In this document: positions 23,441-37,941 of the stretch, in pieces
Layout of the letters: each line of letters starts with the position of its first letter
How positions within the stretch are numbered: position 1 is the first letter of the stretch
Origin: the human T2T-CHM13v2.0 reference genome, Homo sapiens
DNA length: 64,000 nucleotides
NCBI RefSeq assembly: GCF_009914755.1
Contig: NC_060946.1
Direction: 5' to 3' (one strand)
Made by a program: the position numbers and the translations under genes
The notes under the pieces: generated by a model
Databases searched by the model: none
Told to the model about the DNA's origin: nothing
The model's input: the letters and a program-made list of their open reading frames with translations, nothing else

Positions 23441-24374
23441 GGGAATGTTTCCTGGATGGTAGGAGAGGACTGTGGCGCCTGGACATGCCATCAGACAGAC
23501 CTGGGTTCCAGCTCCCGACTCCAGCCCCGAGAGACGAACCACCACAGCCAAAGCTGTGTCACCTCTCTGAGCCTCAGTTTCCCCATCTCTATAATGGGGT
23601 TCTAGCTGATGTAAAGTCCTCCAGTAAGATGAAAGCAGTTCTTCATCGCAGGAGGGGCTGGTAGACCAGTGGGAGGCCCTTCACCAAGGCCCCCGACACT
23701 CAGCTTGCACCTGTGCATGTCCAGCCAGAGCCTGCAGTCGCGCTCGTGCACTCAAGCGTGTGCTTGCAGGAGGACGGGTATGCGCGCAGAGGTGTAGACA
23801 GATTCTGACGCCCTTGACCTTCAGTTTCCACAGCATAGGACTCATGATCCCAAGGGTCTCCCTGTTAGTCGACCTCACCCCAGGGACCCTGAACCATTGG
23901 AAGCGAGGGTGTCCCAGGGCTCATCTCTGAGCCCAGCTCCAGCCCAGGGCCTGGGCAAAACACACACTTGCTAGGTGAATAGACAAACCCTCAAGTACAT
24001 GCCTCACACTCAGCTTCCAGGGCCGTGCCCATACACGCATGCACACATGTACAGCCTGGCCTTTCTCCAGCCCGGTCAGTGGCTCCGAGAGCCTCACTCT
24101 CCCTGCCCCAGCCCACCTCTGGCCCGTGCCTCCTCTGTGACTGTCCCCATTTCCACCCTCCTGGCTTCCTGATCACACACTGGGAGGCTGAGCATCTCCC
24201 ACCACCTCGTGCAGACTCCCCGGGTGACCCCGCAGCCCACACACCCTTCCCGTCCGCTCCTCCGCAGAATTGTCTGTCTCAGCATCAGGCCATTCTCCTA
24301 CGGGCAGAGCAAGAATTAGGATCCCAAATCCACCAGGATGGCTCCGCTCCACCCCGCTGCCCCAAGCAATGGGG

Positions 24375-24871
24375 TCTATGTGAGCTTCCTGTGGCCGCTG
24401 TCACAAAGGATAAGCCTAGTGGCTTTAGTGAGTCTCATTTATTCTCTTCCTGATTTTGGAGGTCAGAAGCCAGAATTGGTCTCACCAGGCTGAAGTCATG
24501 GTGCTTGCAGCCCTGGCTCCTTCTGGAGGCTCCCAGGGAGCACCCGTCTCCTGCCTTCAGCTCCCAGAGGCACCCGCGCTCTCACACTCTTTGGCTCCCA
24601 GCCCCATCCCCATCTCAAAGCCCACCACGTGCGTCTCCATGTTTCTCCCCGCTTCCAATGTCAAGTGGCCTTCTTCTCTTCTAAAGCCTGAGCTCCCTCT
24701 GACCCTCTTATAAGGCCCCTTTGATGACACTGGGCACCCCCCTTCATCTGAGGGTCTCCCCATCTCTAGATCTGTAAGTGAACCACATCCAAAGTCTGTT
24801 TAGCCATGTGAGGCCACAGGTTCTGTGATTAGGACGTGGACATCTTTGGAGACCAAAGTTCTACAAAAACA
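24375..24871 (-). mobile_element. MLT1 (D-like) MaLR LTR
   Basis: cttcctgtggccgctgtcacaaa...tggaggtcagaagccagaa...ctccttctggaggctcc...ttaggacgtggacatctttgg. Confidence 0.8.
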
Positions 24872-25282
24872 GAGAGGGAGTCCTCAGATCTGGGAAGCCA
24901 GAGCCCATTCTGCCAGTGAGGTTTGGAAGGGGGCTGGGGTTTCAGGGCCTCCAGATCCTAGCTGTGAAGTAGGAGGATGCCTGTAGGAACCTCCGGTGCA
25001 GACGCACTTTTGCACAGCTATGTGTCAAGCAGGGAATGCTTGAGCCTCCTTGTGGTCCCCTGCTCTCCCTCACCTGGCCACCAGGCCTTCACACTCTGGC
25101 CTCTGCGGGCTCCCAGCCTCAACTCCCACCTTCTGCTGGCTGCACACACCCACGTGGCATCCAAGTGTGCCCACTCTAGCTCCAGTGCAGTGCAGACAAA
25201 CACCCTCGAGGCCTAGCCCCAGGGCTGCCTTCCAGGCCCAGGCTAATGATTTCCTCCCCTGGCTGGGCCTCAGCTGCTCTAA

Positions 25283-25758
<476 letters not shown>

Positions 25759-25771
25759 GAGGTCAGAATTT

Positions 25772-26292
25772 CTAAAACACATCCCCAAAGATGTCTTGCT
25801 CAAATCCCCAGAACCTGTGAAAATAGTGTCATCTCTCCCTTACAACAACATCCATGGTGCCTTTAAGACAGAGGGATTATTTGGGTGATCCTGACCCGAA
25901 TAATCCTCTGGCTGAGGCCGAAGGCAGAGAGGTGTTGAAAGCCTGAGAAAGACTCAGCACTCACCTCTGGCTCGGAGGTGGCAGGGACCACGTGAGAAGG
26001 AAAGCGGGTGGCCTCTAACAACTCTGAGTGGCCAAACGAGACTTCCCACTACAGCCACAAGGAACTTGATTTGACCAACAACCTAAACGACATTGGGAGC
26101 AAATCCTTTCCTTAAGCCTCGGATAAGAGCTTTCCCCAGCTGGCGCCGTGATCTCAGCCTTGTGAGACCCTAAGCAGAAAGCCCAGTTGAGCTTTGCCAA
26201 GTATCTAAGCCACAGAGCTCAGAGCTCATGAATCTGTGCCACCCTAAGCCACCGCCTGCATCCATTTGTGACAACAATAAAAACCGACAGCA
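25772..26292 (+). mobile_element. MLT1 (E/F-like) MaLR LTR
   Basis: ccccaaagatgtc...aatccccagaacctgtgaa...cagccacaaggaact...cagccttgtgagaccctaagcaga. Confidence 0.7.
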
Positions 26293-26335
26293 TACGCTTG
26301 TGCACCCTGAAGGCACCTGCATCCATGCACATTCT

Positions 26336-26579
26336 AAGTCTGTACACAGAGAAAGCTATGTACCCCCAGCTTGAGCCGTGTACACACACACGCCCCAGGT
26401 CCGTACAGAGAAAGCCACGTACCCCCAGGTTGAGCCATATACATACACACACCCCAAGTCTGCACACAGAAAATCATGTACCCCCAGACCAAGCCGTGTG
26501 CACACACACACCCCAAGTCTGCACACACGGAAAGCCGTGTACCCCCAGGCCAAGCCATGTAAACACACATGCCCCAGGG
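26336..26579. repeat. ~60-bp minisatellite, 4 diverged copies
   Basis: aagtctgcacacagaaa...gtacccccag...agccgtgt...acacacacccc. Confidence 0.9.
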
Positions 26580-27095
26580 CCTTCACAGACCTGACACTGT
26601 GGGGACCATGGCAACCAGACTTGGGAGCAGCCAGGCCACAGTGACAGCCTAGGCCAAGCCCAGTATCCCTACTGGGAGCCTCCATCTCTGCCCACCAAGG
26701 GGAGAAGTGTGGCCTTTGGAGCCTGTCATGTGTCCTAAGGACAGCCTGAGACAGAGCCCCCTGGAGAATCCCATGGCCACCAAGAGCCCACCTGGCCAGC
26801 AGGGTCACCAGACGTTGCCTCCACTCCGTCCAGGGCCCCAGAAGTCTGAAAGGCCCTGCCCGTCCCACTGAGGTCAGAAGGTAGCACCCACACCACATCA
26901 GGGCATGCGTCCTTCCACTGCCCCCTCCACTGGCCCCACCGCCTGAATAGGGCAAGCACATGGGAAGGACGTTTTTGGGGGGATTGGAATCAGGAATCCA
27001 GGCAAAGTCCCGTGTTAGCTCTTGCTGGCCCAGGGCCTCGGGCGGGGCTGCGGCTCTTTTCCTGTGTGTTACTGTGGGGGCCAACAAGACAGCCC

Positions 27096-27802
27096 TGTGT
27101 GGGTCCGTTCTCACACTGCTATGAAAAAAATACCCGAGACTGGGTAATTTATAAAGGAACAGGCTTTGACTCACAGTTCTGCATGGCTGGAGAGACCTTA
27201 GGAAACTAACAGTCATGGCGGAAGGCGAAGGAGAAGCAGGCATCTTCTTCACAGGGTGGCAGGACGGAGTGAGTGCCAGCAGGGGAAATGCCAGATGCTT
27301 ATAAAACCATCGGACAGTGAGACTCACTCACTATCATGAGCACAGCATGGGGGAAACCGCCCCCATGACCCAACCACCTCCACCTGGTCCCACGGAAAAT
27401 GCCCCCGTGATCCAACCACCTCCACCTGGTCCCACAGAAAATGCCCCCGTGATCCAACCACCTCCACCTGGTCCCACGGAAACCACCCCCGTGATCCAAC
27501 CACCTCCACCTGGTCCCACGGAAAATGCCCCCGTGATCCAACCACCTCCACCTGGTCCCACAGAAACCACCCCCGTGATCCAACCACCTCCACCTGGTCC
27601 CACGGAAAATGCCCCCGTGATCCAACCACCTCCACCTGGTCCCACAGAAACCACCCCCGTGATCCAACCACCTCCACCTGGTCCCACGGAAAATGCCCCC
27701 GTGATCCAACCACCTCCACCTGGTCCCACCCTTGACATGTGGGGATTATGGGGATTACAGTTCGAGGTGGGATTTCGATGGGGACACCTAGAAACCATAT
27801 CA
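27096..27802 (-). mobile_element. THE1 (D-like) MaLR solo LTR containing a VNTR
   Basis: gtccgttctcacactgctatgaa...actgggtaatttataaagga...aaaccatatca; near-TSD agccc/agtcc. Confidence 0.9.
27352..27729. repeat. 42-bp VNTR, 9 copies, derived from THE1 sequence
   Basis: Unit ggaaaatgcccccgtgatccaaccacctccacctggtcccac; variant gaaaccacccccg. Confidence 0.97.
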
Positions 27803-28054
27803 AGTCCCCACAGAGCCCTGGCCTGGGCCTGACACCAGACACACAGCTCATGCTCAGTGCACACTGGCGTCGTGATCATAGCAGCTTCAGACTTGAGGAT
27901 CCTGGGCCCTGACTTTGCTCACCAGGTCCCAGAATCAGGGCCACTTAGCAATGCACATCTGCCCCAAGATTCAGTCACATCCACAAGGAAGACCCATGTC
28001 TGTAATCAGTGAAGCCTCTGGGTGACCTGTGAGGTAGGGGAGGAGCCACCCACA

Positions 28055-28240
28055 CTCCCAATTTACAGATGAGGAAACTGAGGCCCAAAAATGTCTCAGC
28101 AACATCTCAGAATCATAGCCTGTCCTGAGTTGGTGGAGTCCGCCCAGGACGTGGGTGTAGATGGTGTGGATTCAAATCTACATCCAGGATGTGGGTGTAG
28201 ATGGTGTGAATTCAAATCCACGTCCTGCCTTTACAGCTGC
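28055..28240 (-). mobile_element. MIR with an internal 40-bp tandem duplication
   Basis: tttacagatgaggaaactgaggccca; ccaggaYgtgggtgtagatggtgtgRattcaaatc twice (28144-28224). Confidence 0.7.
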
Positions 28241-30571
28241 CTGCCCTCCCTGGGCTCTGCCTCCTGCCTGGCCGACCCCTCCCGACCTCCACAGCCTGGA
28301 GTGCATGGGCACAGGCCGCAGGTTCGGGTGGGTACCACCACGAGCTCCCTGAACCCCAGATTCTCTCACATTTCAACACCGGTCACATCCACTGCTGGGC
28401 GGTGCCTGTGTCCCCCTCGCCGAGGGCCATACCCTTCCGCCTCTCACCTCGATTCCTAGTGCATGGCGCAGCAGCTTCTCGGTCGGTGTGCCAGGTGGAT
28501 GATGTCTCAGATGCAGACACTGCATTTTACCAGGAGAATTCACTATCTGCTGAGCGTGGCTGGAATCACAGGTGCCTTCACGGTGGCTTTAGAGGGACTT
28601 TCCTCCCAGAGCTGCAGGGCAGCCACCAACAAGGCCAAGGGGCAGCCATGCCCAGCACCTACAGCAGAGCCCTGCGGGTTAGCTCCCCAAGGCCAGCATG
28701 GCCCCGTGGAAGGCACACATGGTGGGTGAGGGCGGAGGGGGCCACCTCACTGAGGAGCCCGCCCACTGGTGACGGCTGTCACCTCCCCTGGGTGGCCCTA
28801 TTCCAGGCCCTGCAGAATGGCCTCTGAGCAGGGTAACTGGAAGCAAGAGGATGTGGCCAAACCCAGGCCCACCATGACCTCGAGGGCCCATGGCATGGAG
28901 CAGGCATTGAGGGCTCAGGGCCCGGGGAAGCACAGGATTTGCTCACAGGGAGGTCTTCACCCTCTGCGGTCTGGAGGGTGGAGCTTTGACGCCTGCACTT
29001 GCCAAGTTAGTGGCCCAGCTCAGCAAGGCACAACAGGATGAAGAAGGCCTCCGGTACTGCAGGTGTCACCGGGCACCTTGGCCGGCAGCCCAGACCCATC
29101 CTCCCGTCTGAGACGGAAACCAGGATCTTCCATCACCCACACTCCTGACCCTGCTCCCTCTACAGCCCCTCAAGTCCAGGTGAGTGAAGCCGCCTGGGGC
29201 AGGGCAGGGGACAGACGGGCCAGGATGAGATGAAGCGGCTTCCGAAATCAGGTTCGACATCGCACCCACCAGTTTCATTGCAGGCCCGGCTAAAAGCTGC
29301 CCCCTAGATATTCCGTCCAATTATTTAAATCCCAGCCTCTCCACTCACTATAAAGATTGGACAGGATTGGACATTTATTAGCTAACTGAATGGCTGTAAT
29401 AAGATAGGAAATCCAAAGGAGCAGAAAATTAAATGTTCCTGAGTTATCTTATTGAAATTTCCCTTCCATGGCTTTTATTGGAGGCGACAGTGCCAGAATT
29501 TCAAAGACGCATTTTAAGAGACTCCTTTATGGGGTTCCCCAGCAAACGCTGAAGCCATCAACGTGAAACCAGCCAGTGAGTGTCGGGATGGACGGCCCGG
29601 GGCCGGGCAGAAACTCCAGCTCAGCTGTGTGGCTCTGCAGGCAGCAGATCGGCCCCCACTGCACCGTCTCCAGAGAACCAGAGCAAACGCCCATGTGCCC
29701 CGTTGACAGTACCGCGGATGAAGACACTGCATTGTACCAGGAGAGTTCACTGTTTTATTCATTGAATTTTGATTACGTGTTATCCTAAGGAGATACACTG
29801 ATTTCATAAGCAAGGCAGGAAGAATAAACCGCAGGAGGAAGCTGCTGTCATTTCTCAGGCCCGGCTTCGTTTCAGGAAACAAGGGTTCTGCTCAAGCACA
29901 AGCACCGTTCCTGAAGTAGATGCATGGAAGTCATTAGGGGAGATGTCTGCAGCCCCTGAGATGGAAGAAGCCTGTCGGGAGCGGCCGCCGGGCTGAGGAG
30001 GGGCCTGGCCGCAGGCTGTGGGACTGTTTGAGGCCCTATGCAAAGGCAATGCTCCCCCTTGGAACAGGGCTTCTCGTGGGTGGGCGGGTGGTCCCTGCCA
30101 GGCTCCTGCGCCCCCCACCCACCCTTTCCAGGAAACTTGGCCCTATCCGTCATGACTGTTCCACATCCCCCGCAGACCATGTGCTATGAAAGATTTGAGC
30201 CCAGGTGTTCATTTATAAAGGTGACTGTGGAGAGAGAGGAAGGGTCAATGCTGTGGAGAGAGAAGGCCTTGTTACTCACAGATCCTCTAGAAACAATGGG
30301 CACAGCCCTCCCCACAGGGCCTCGGGGGAGGCACAGGGTCTGCAGGAGGCAGGAAGGAAGAGGAGAAGGCCCTGGCCACAGCCTTCAGTGGGGTTTTCTC
30401 AGGAGGCAGCTTATCTTTGGCTAGTTTGAATAATTGCGGCAGACCCTCAGGCATGGGGGCTGTCCCTAGTTGTCTGGTACCTGGTTCTGGAGAATGCGGG
30501 CTTGGTGTGTGACAGAGGAGGCAGGAGGGGTGCGGGCTCGGGAATGGTTGGTGTGCGTGTGAAAGGCAGAC

Positions 30572-31550
<979 letters not shown>

Positions 31551-31668
31551 GGCCGCACTGCAGTAAGGGCTGGGGCTGGAGAAATGTTTCAGAGAACAAG
31601 GCCCCTGAACAGCCTGTTTGAGGAAGGTCCAGGTGCTGGATACATGTGGAAGGGACCTAGAAACCCGT

Positions 31669-31761
31669 GTCTGTGTGTCTGCATTTAGGAAACTGTCCCA
31701 GCCAGCCCAGCAACTGTCTGTGTGTCTGCATTTAGGAAGACTGTCCCGGCCAGCCCAGCAA
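31669..31761. repeat. ~47-bp tandem duplication
   Basis: gtctgtgtgtctgcatttaggaa(g)actgtcccRgccagcccagcaa twice. Confidence 0.9.
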
Positions 31762-32295
31762 GAGAGAGAAAGTGAAATCCACAGAGGGTCGGAGCCTCAG
31801 GGGCCCACCCAGGGCCTGAGTACCCACTGCAGGAAGGTCTTCCCAGCTCTGCTGCCTCAGCCCTCAATGCCTTCTCCCCACCTGAACCCCCCAGAGCCCC
31901 TTAGTACATGACCTCACCTGACCACTTGTCCCTGAGGGAGGGGCCAGCCACATTGCATTCATTCTACCCCCAGTTCCCGGCACAGAGGAGCAGCCCGAGA
32001 CATGTGTGTTCATTTGTGAGATGACTGACAGCCAAGTTTATTGTGGTCCAATTAGGTAAGACTCTGAATGCCGAGCTAAAGATTCAGGGATCTGTTTTGC
32101 GTGCAGTGCAGGGGCCACAGATGCTGTGTCAGCAGGAAAGCAACATGGCTTTCCAAAGCGAATTGGGAAACATGGATGCAGTCGGCTCCAAAGATGTGTG
32201 TAGTGTGTATGTGATAAGCATGGGATGTAGCCAGGGACAGACCCACGATCACAAGCAGTAACCAATTGTAACTGAGCACAAAGTTTCTGAGGCCA

Positions 32296-33165
<870 letters not shown>

Positions 33166-33340
33166 TGGTGTCTTATGAGGCCTCCCCACTCTGTCCCTGC
33201 ATGGCCTCCTCCCTCTGCTTCTTGGTGTCTTCTCTTCTTCTTAGCAGGACATCAGTCATTGGATTTACAGTCCACCCTAAATCTGGGATGATTTCATCTC
33301 AAGATCTTGAACTAAACTAATTATATCTCAAATATTTCCA
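33166..33340 (-). mobile_element. MLT1 fragment
   Basis: aggacatcagtcattggattta...ccaccctaaatctgggatgatttcatctcaagatctt. Confidence 0.7.
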
Positions 33341-33406
33341 AGCGCAAATCCCGAGATTTCTGATGGTTTCTGATGCTATTTTGTACAACACTATTCCGCC
33401 TGGCTA

Positions 33407-34112
33407 TGTGACAAATAATAAGTCTAAGACCCTCCCCTCACTGACTGCACAGACCCCCCTCTTGACCAAGGGGACCCCAGAGGAACCTCAGCAGCCAAGC
33501 TCTTGGCCATGATGGGAGAGGTGGGACACACCCTGTTTTAACCTCTCCTTTGCTGACTGCCACTAGACTTCCTTCACTAAGGGCCAAGCAGAAGCCAGCC
33601 CCTTTGAAAGACTCCACCCCTGATATGAACCAACCTCCTGACGCTGCCCCAAAACAACCAGCCAGCGTTCCTTTCAAAGAGACTGACAACCACGGGGTGG
33701 CTCTGGCTGGTCTATGGAGGGTGTGCAGTGCGGGTTTCCGTGTCCTCTGCTTCCCTTTTACGTGTCAGTGGCCGAAAACTCCACCCTCGGATCACGCTAA
33801 CATCATCACTTTGTGCACATGTGACTTGCGATGGGGCATGAAGTGCAATTGCACATATGCGTGTTTCTATTCTCATCAATATTCATGACTCCTCCTGTAG
33901 CTCATTGAATATGTATATTTGACCACCTTGGTCAACATAAATCCCTGTCTTATTCTTTTAATCCTCAAAGTGCCTGTTTCCAGCTTCTGGACAGAGGCTA
34001 TGCTTCCCAGCCTTTCAGAATGGCTGCCTGCAGGCTGCAAGCCCTTAGAAGAGATACAATTCTCCTTGCCAAATGTATGAACCTCGTCATTCTTCAGTCA
34101 TTAAACAGCTGA
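33407..34112 (+). mobile_element. ERV1 solo LTR (MER39/MER34-group-like)
   Basis: gacccccctcttgaccaaggggaccccagag...tggccatgatggga...cagaatggctgcctgcaggctgcaa; subfamily uncertain. Confidence 0.6.
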
Positions 34113-34218
34113 CACTTACTGCTGCACCAAACAGCACTAAGAGTATGGTGTATCCAGGCAAGGAGAGGCCATTCGGTGCCCCCAGGTTACTCCGGAAAGG
34201 GTGAGAACTCCTTGTTCT

Positions 34219-34386
34219 CAACCCTCACACCCTGGCCACCATCACACCCTGGCCACTGTCACACCCTGGCCACCGTCACACTCTGGCCACCGCCACGCCC
34301 TGGCCACTGTTATACCCTGGCCACCGTCACACCCTGGCCACCGTCACACCCTGGCCACTGTTATACCCTGGCCACCCTCGTGCCCT
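34219..34386 (-). repeat. Inverted copy of the 17-bp minisatellite, ~10 units
   Basis: Ygtcacaccctggccac units are the reverse complement of the units at 32640-33165. Confidence 0.95.
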
Positions 34387-35499
34387 GTAAGGGAAGGAGG
34401 AGGATGCAGTGCCCCGAATTCAATGCAACAGCCGCTAACTGCATGAGTTCTACCGAGAACTTTTATGAAGAAGTTGCCTCCATCTGACACCCACTCCAGC
34501 ATTCTGTTGACGCCTGCTAAACCTGTCCACACTCTGGGCCAGGAAGAGTCATTCTTGCTTCGTGCACTACACAAGACATCTGTAAACCGGATACTCTTTT
34601 CCTCCCTTTAAAAAATAATTTCCCTCAACCGCCATACACAGACAATTTTACATTGAGGAGTGCCGGCCGTGAGGCAAGAAATGCTGAGTGTGAGTAGAAA
34701 AGGCAGATGTGAAATGATCCCCCAGCCACTGAGGTGCTTTCTGGAAAATGCAATCAAATACTTGATAACTTGCTAATAGTATGCTTATTAAACAAGCTGC
34801 CTTCATGTTTCTCAGAGAGCAAGAAAATGTACAAGAATTTGCAACACAATGGAAAATGGGAGATTATGAAAGCAGGCTGCTTGTTGTTAATATTTACAGC
34901 GCTTTACATTTCTAAAGGGTTCATGATCCTCTTTGAGCTCCTGCCCGCCCCTCCAGTGGCTGCAAAGCTTCCACTCTGAGGGTTTGAGTACTGATTATCC
35001 TCTTGCAGGAGCTCAGTTCTTACTCGCCCCGTCCCTGCCCAATCAGGACAATCCTGGGAGCCCAGGATCCCTGCCCTTGACTCTGACACTTGCCAGCAAG
35101 TTAGCCTCTGTGTACCTCAGTTTCCCTGTCCTAGAATTGGGAATGAAAATGGTGCTACTTCCTAAAGCTGTAAGGATGAGGCAGTGAGATCCTAAAAATG
35201 GGGAGAGCTCAGAAGAGCCTCTGACATGCAGTGAGCCTCCTCCATCAATGGTAGCAGGGAACTTTGCAGCTATGATGCACTGGGAAGAGGGCAGGCCATC
35301 GCCATTGGGCTGGGGTGCTCCCTGCAGTGTGGACAGCTGTGCTGTCCATCTGAGTGGGGGGTTACTGGCAGGAATCAGGTGCTGGGAATTGGCAAAGGGA
35401 GGGGCCAGTGCAACCAAAGGGATGATTGGCTGGGATCAGGGCCTCCAGGCTCTATCATTCACTCACTCATTTATTCACTCATTCATTTATTCACTCTTT

Positions 35500-35987
35500 C
35501 TGTTGTCTGAAAAAATGAGGGTTTTTTCACCTGCTGAGTAACAAATGACTCCACAAGGATGCAGGTTTTAATCAACAGGCACTTTGTTAACTCATAGCAA
35601 GGAAGGAGAGCCCTAGGTGTGTTCTCCACAGCAGTGTCTCCTGGAGGGACAGTGACAGGAGGGTTTTATGGGGCGATGGAGGGGACAGAGTGTGGTACGG
35701 CATTCAGAGGAGGGGTCCCAGTGGCACAGATGCAGCCAGTCCTCCTGCCAGCACACAGGTCCTATGTGGTGGTTATGATGCTGCAGCCCCCGCCAGGTGG
35801 AGACGTTGGCATGGCCATGAGCAAGGTTCCCTCGAGTTTGTCTGCAAGTTGCCTACATCTCTCAGGAGCTGCTTCCAACTGAGTAGGTGACCGCATTCCA
35901 TGCAGGGTCTGGGAAGAAATGGGCTGCAAAGCAGAAGGCTGTAGAGCAGGCAGATTGCTCCAGTGGATTAAATTCCTATGGTGCCGG
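35500..35987 (-). mobile_element. Old LTR fragment (family unassigned), host of the MER41 insertion
   Basis: LTR-like antisense content (cagcagtgtctcc...agggttttatgggg); appears to resume after 36534. Confidence 0.4.
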
Positions 35988-36534
35988 TGTCAGAGGCATG
36001 TGAACCAGAGCAACTCTATCTTAACAGGAGCTGGATAAAATGAGGCTGAAACCTCCTGGGCTGCATTCCCAGGTGGTGAAGGCATTCTAAGTCACAGGAT
36101 GAGATAGGAGGTCAGCACAAAATACAGGTCATAAAGACCTTGCTGATAAAACAGTTTGCAGTAAAGGAGCCAGCTAAAACCCACCAAAACCAAAATGGCC
36201 ACAAAAGTGACCTGTCATTGTCCTCACTGCTACACTCCCACCAGCACCATGACAGTTTACACATGCCATGGCAACATCTGGAAGTTACCCCATATGGTCT
36301 AAAAAGGGGAGGTATGAATGATTCACCTGTTGTTTAGCATATCATCAAAAAATAACCATAAAAATGGGCAACCAGCAGCCCTTGGGTCTGCTCTATGGAG
36401 TAGCCATTATTTATTCCTCTACTTTCTTAATCAACTTGCTTTCACTTTGCACTTCAGACTCGCCCTGAATTCTTTCTTATGTGAGATCCAAGAACCCTCC
36501 CTTGGGGTCTGGATCAGGACCTTTTCCTGAAACA
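35988..36534 (+). mobile_element. MER41A-type ERV1 solo LTR
   Basis: tgtcagaggcatgtgaaccagagcaactc...tcacaggatgagataggaggtcagcacaa...ggggtctggatcaggacc...aaca; lacks the GAS-bearing segment after aaaaaggggagg. Confidence 0.85.
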
Positions 36535-37599
36535 CCTGCAGACCCTCCCTGTCTGCTTATAATTCATCAGATATGCCAGGCACTCTACTAGACACACAAT
36601 GTTAGAGGCGGAAAGCACTCCATAGCCCAGCGGGTCCAGCCTCCCTCCCCTGAGCTGAGCCTTCCCCTCCCCCAAATTGCCAGCATTTTATAGATAGTAA
36701 ATTGAGACTCACAGAAGCAGGTGACTGTCCCATGGCCAGATGTGGCAAGGTCAGCATGGGCCGAATCTTTACTGCTCTCTCCACCCACTGCCACCCCAAA
36801 TGCAAGCCCCTGGTTATTCCATCCCACCAACGGAGGCTTTCTTTCAGAACCTATGTAAGCAAAGCTCCCTGGAACCTTTCCACCCTGCAACCTGCCCGTC
36901 ACTGCCACCCCAACACGCATGCCCCACCCCCTAGACAGGAAGCCTCCATGATGAGCAGGGTCATGTCCTCAGGACCAGCACAGGGCCTGGAGCAGAGTGG
37001 ACAGGCAAGGGGTGCCTATAAGATAAACACACAGAGGAACCAGTGCTCCTTATCTGCGTCTTCCTCCTCCCTGGGATTATTCTGAGCCAGGGTGTCACTG
37101 AGCTCTTAATAGGAGATTATCCCCCCTCCATTCTCATGTTTGACCCCCCTGAGTTGTGATGCCCCAAGCTGTGGCCCTCACTCAAGGTCATCCTCCCCGC
37201 TGACAGCAGCAACAGCAGCCGCCCACACCAGCCCTTTCAAGCTTCACAGCTGCCCGCTGCCCTCACAGGGGCGCCCTGATGCAATCAGAACTACTGTTGT
37301 TATCTCTGCTTTGTGGATGAGGAAACTGACACTCAGCCAGTCGCCTGTCCTAGGTTCACGCAGCAGCAGCCTCGACTCCAGCCTGGACCCACTGCCTCTG
37401 AATGCCCCCCTCCCTGCAGCCAATGGCTGCCTTTCCTACCTGATGCAAGGTCAGGACACACACCAGATCTAGCCGAAGGATTCAAATACCACGGCAGGTA
37501 ATTTGATGTCCGCTGCCCTGTTTTAAGGCAATGCTATAAATTTCACACGGAAGCACAGACAGGAAGTGCAAATACGGAAAGAGGAAAGTTGCACCTGGT

Positions 37600-37941
37600 C
37601 TCAGGTGTTGGGTAGGAGTTGCAGGTAATGATGTGAGCTCATAGTTTTCAATCTACAGACATGCAAACAAATACACAGGTAAATGTGTGTGTGTCCATGC
37701 ATACAGGTATCTCCAAACTTTTCTCACCAAGAAGTTCTGACAACAGTGACATCTCAGCAAAAATAAGCACACACATTGCCCACATTGTATCCGATTGCCA
37801 TTTTCCACTAGCAATACCAGGGCTCCTTGGAGAAATAGTTAATTCCGGGGCTGAGGCAGGGAAAGAACAAGATGAGGCTGGATGGGTCAGAAAGCAATTA
37901 CTCAGTGAATGATGGGAACATGTCAGAAAGACACATAAAAG
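37600..37941 (+). mobile_element. L1MC4-like 3' region, left piece
   Basis: ccagggctccttggagaaatag...ttccggggctgaggcagggaaagaacaagatgag...gatgggaacatgtcagaaagacac. Confidence 0.7.

Noticed and set aside
27352-27729. CRISPR-like array (also considered for 32640-33165 and 26336-26579)
   Set aside because: Head-to-tail units with no unique spacers, no cas genes and a primate genomic context.
27352-27729. PRDM9 hotspot motif amplified in the THE1 VNTR
   Set aside because: The unit ccacctccacctg does not fit CCNCCNTNNCCNC.
35988-36534. MER41 as an interferon-inducible STAT1 enhancer
   Set aside because: The segment with tandem TTCCNGGAA (GAS) sites found in MER41B after aaaaaggggagg is absent; this copy is MER41A-type.
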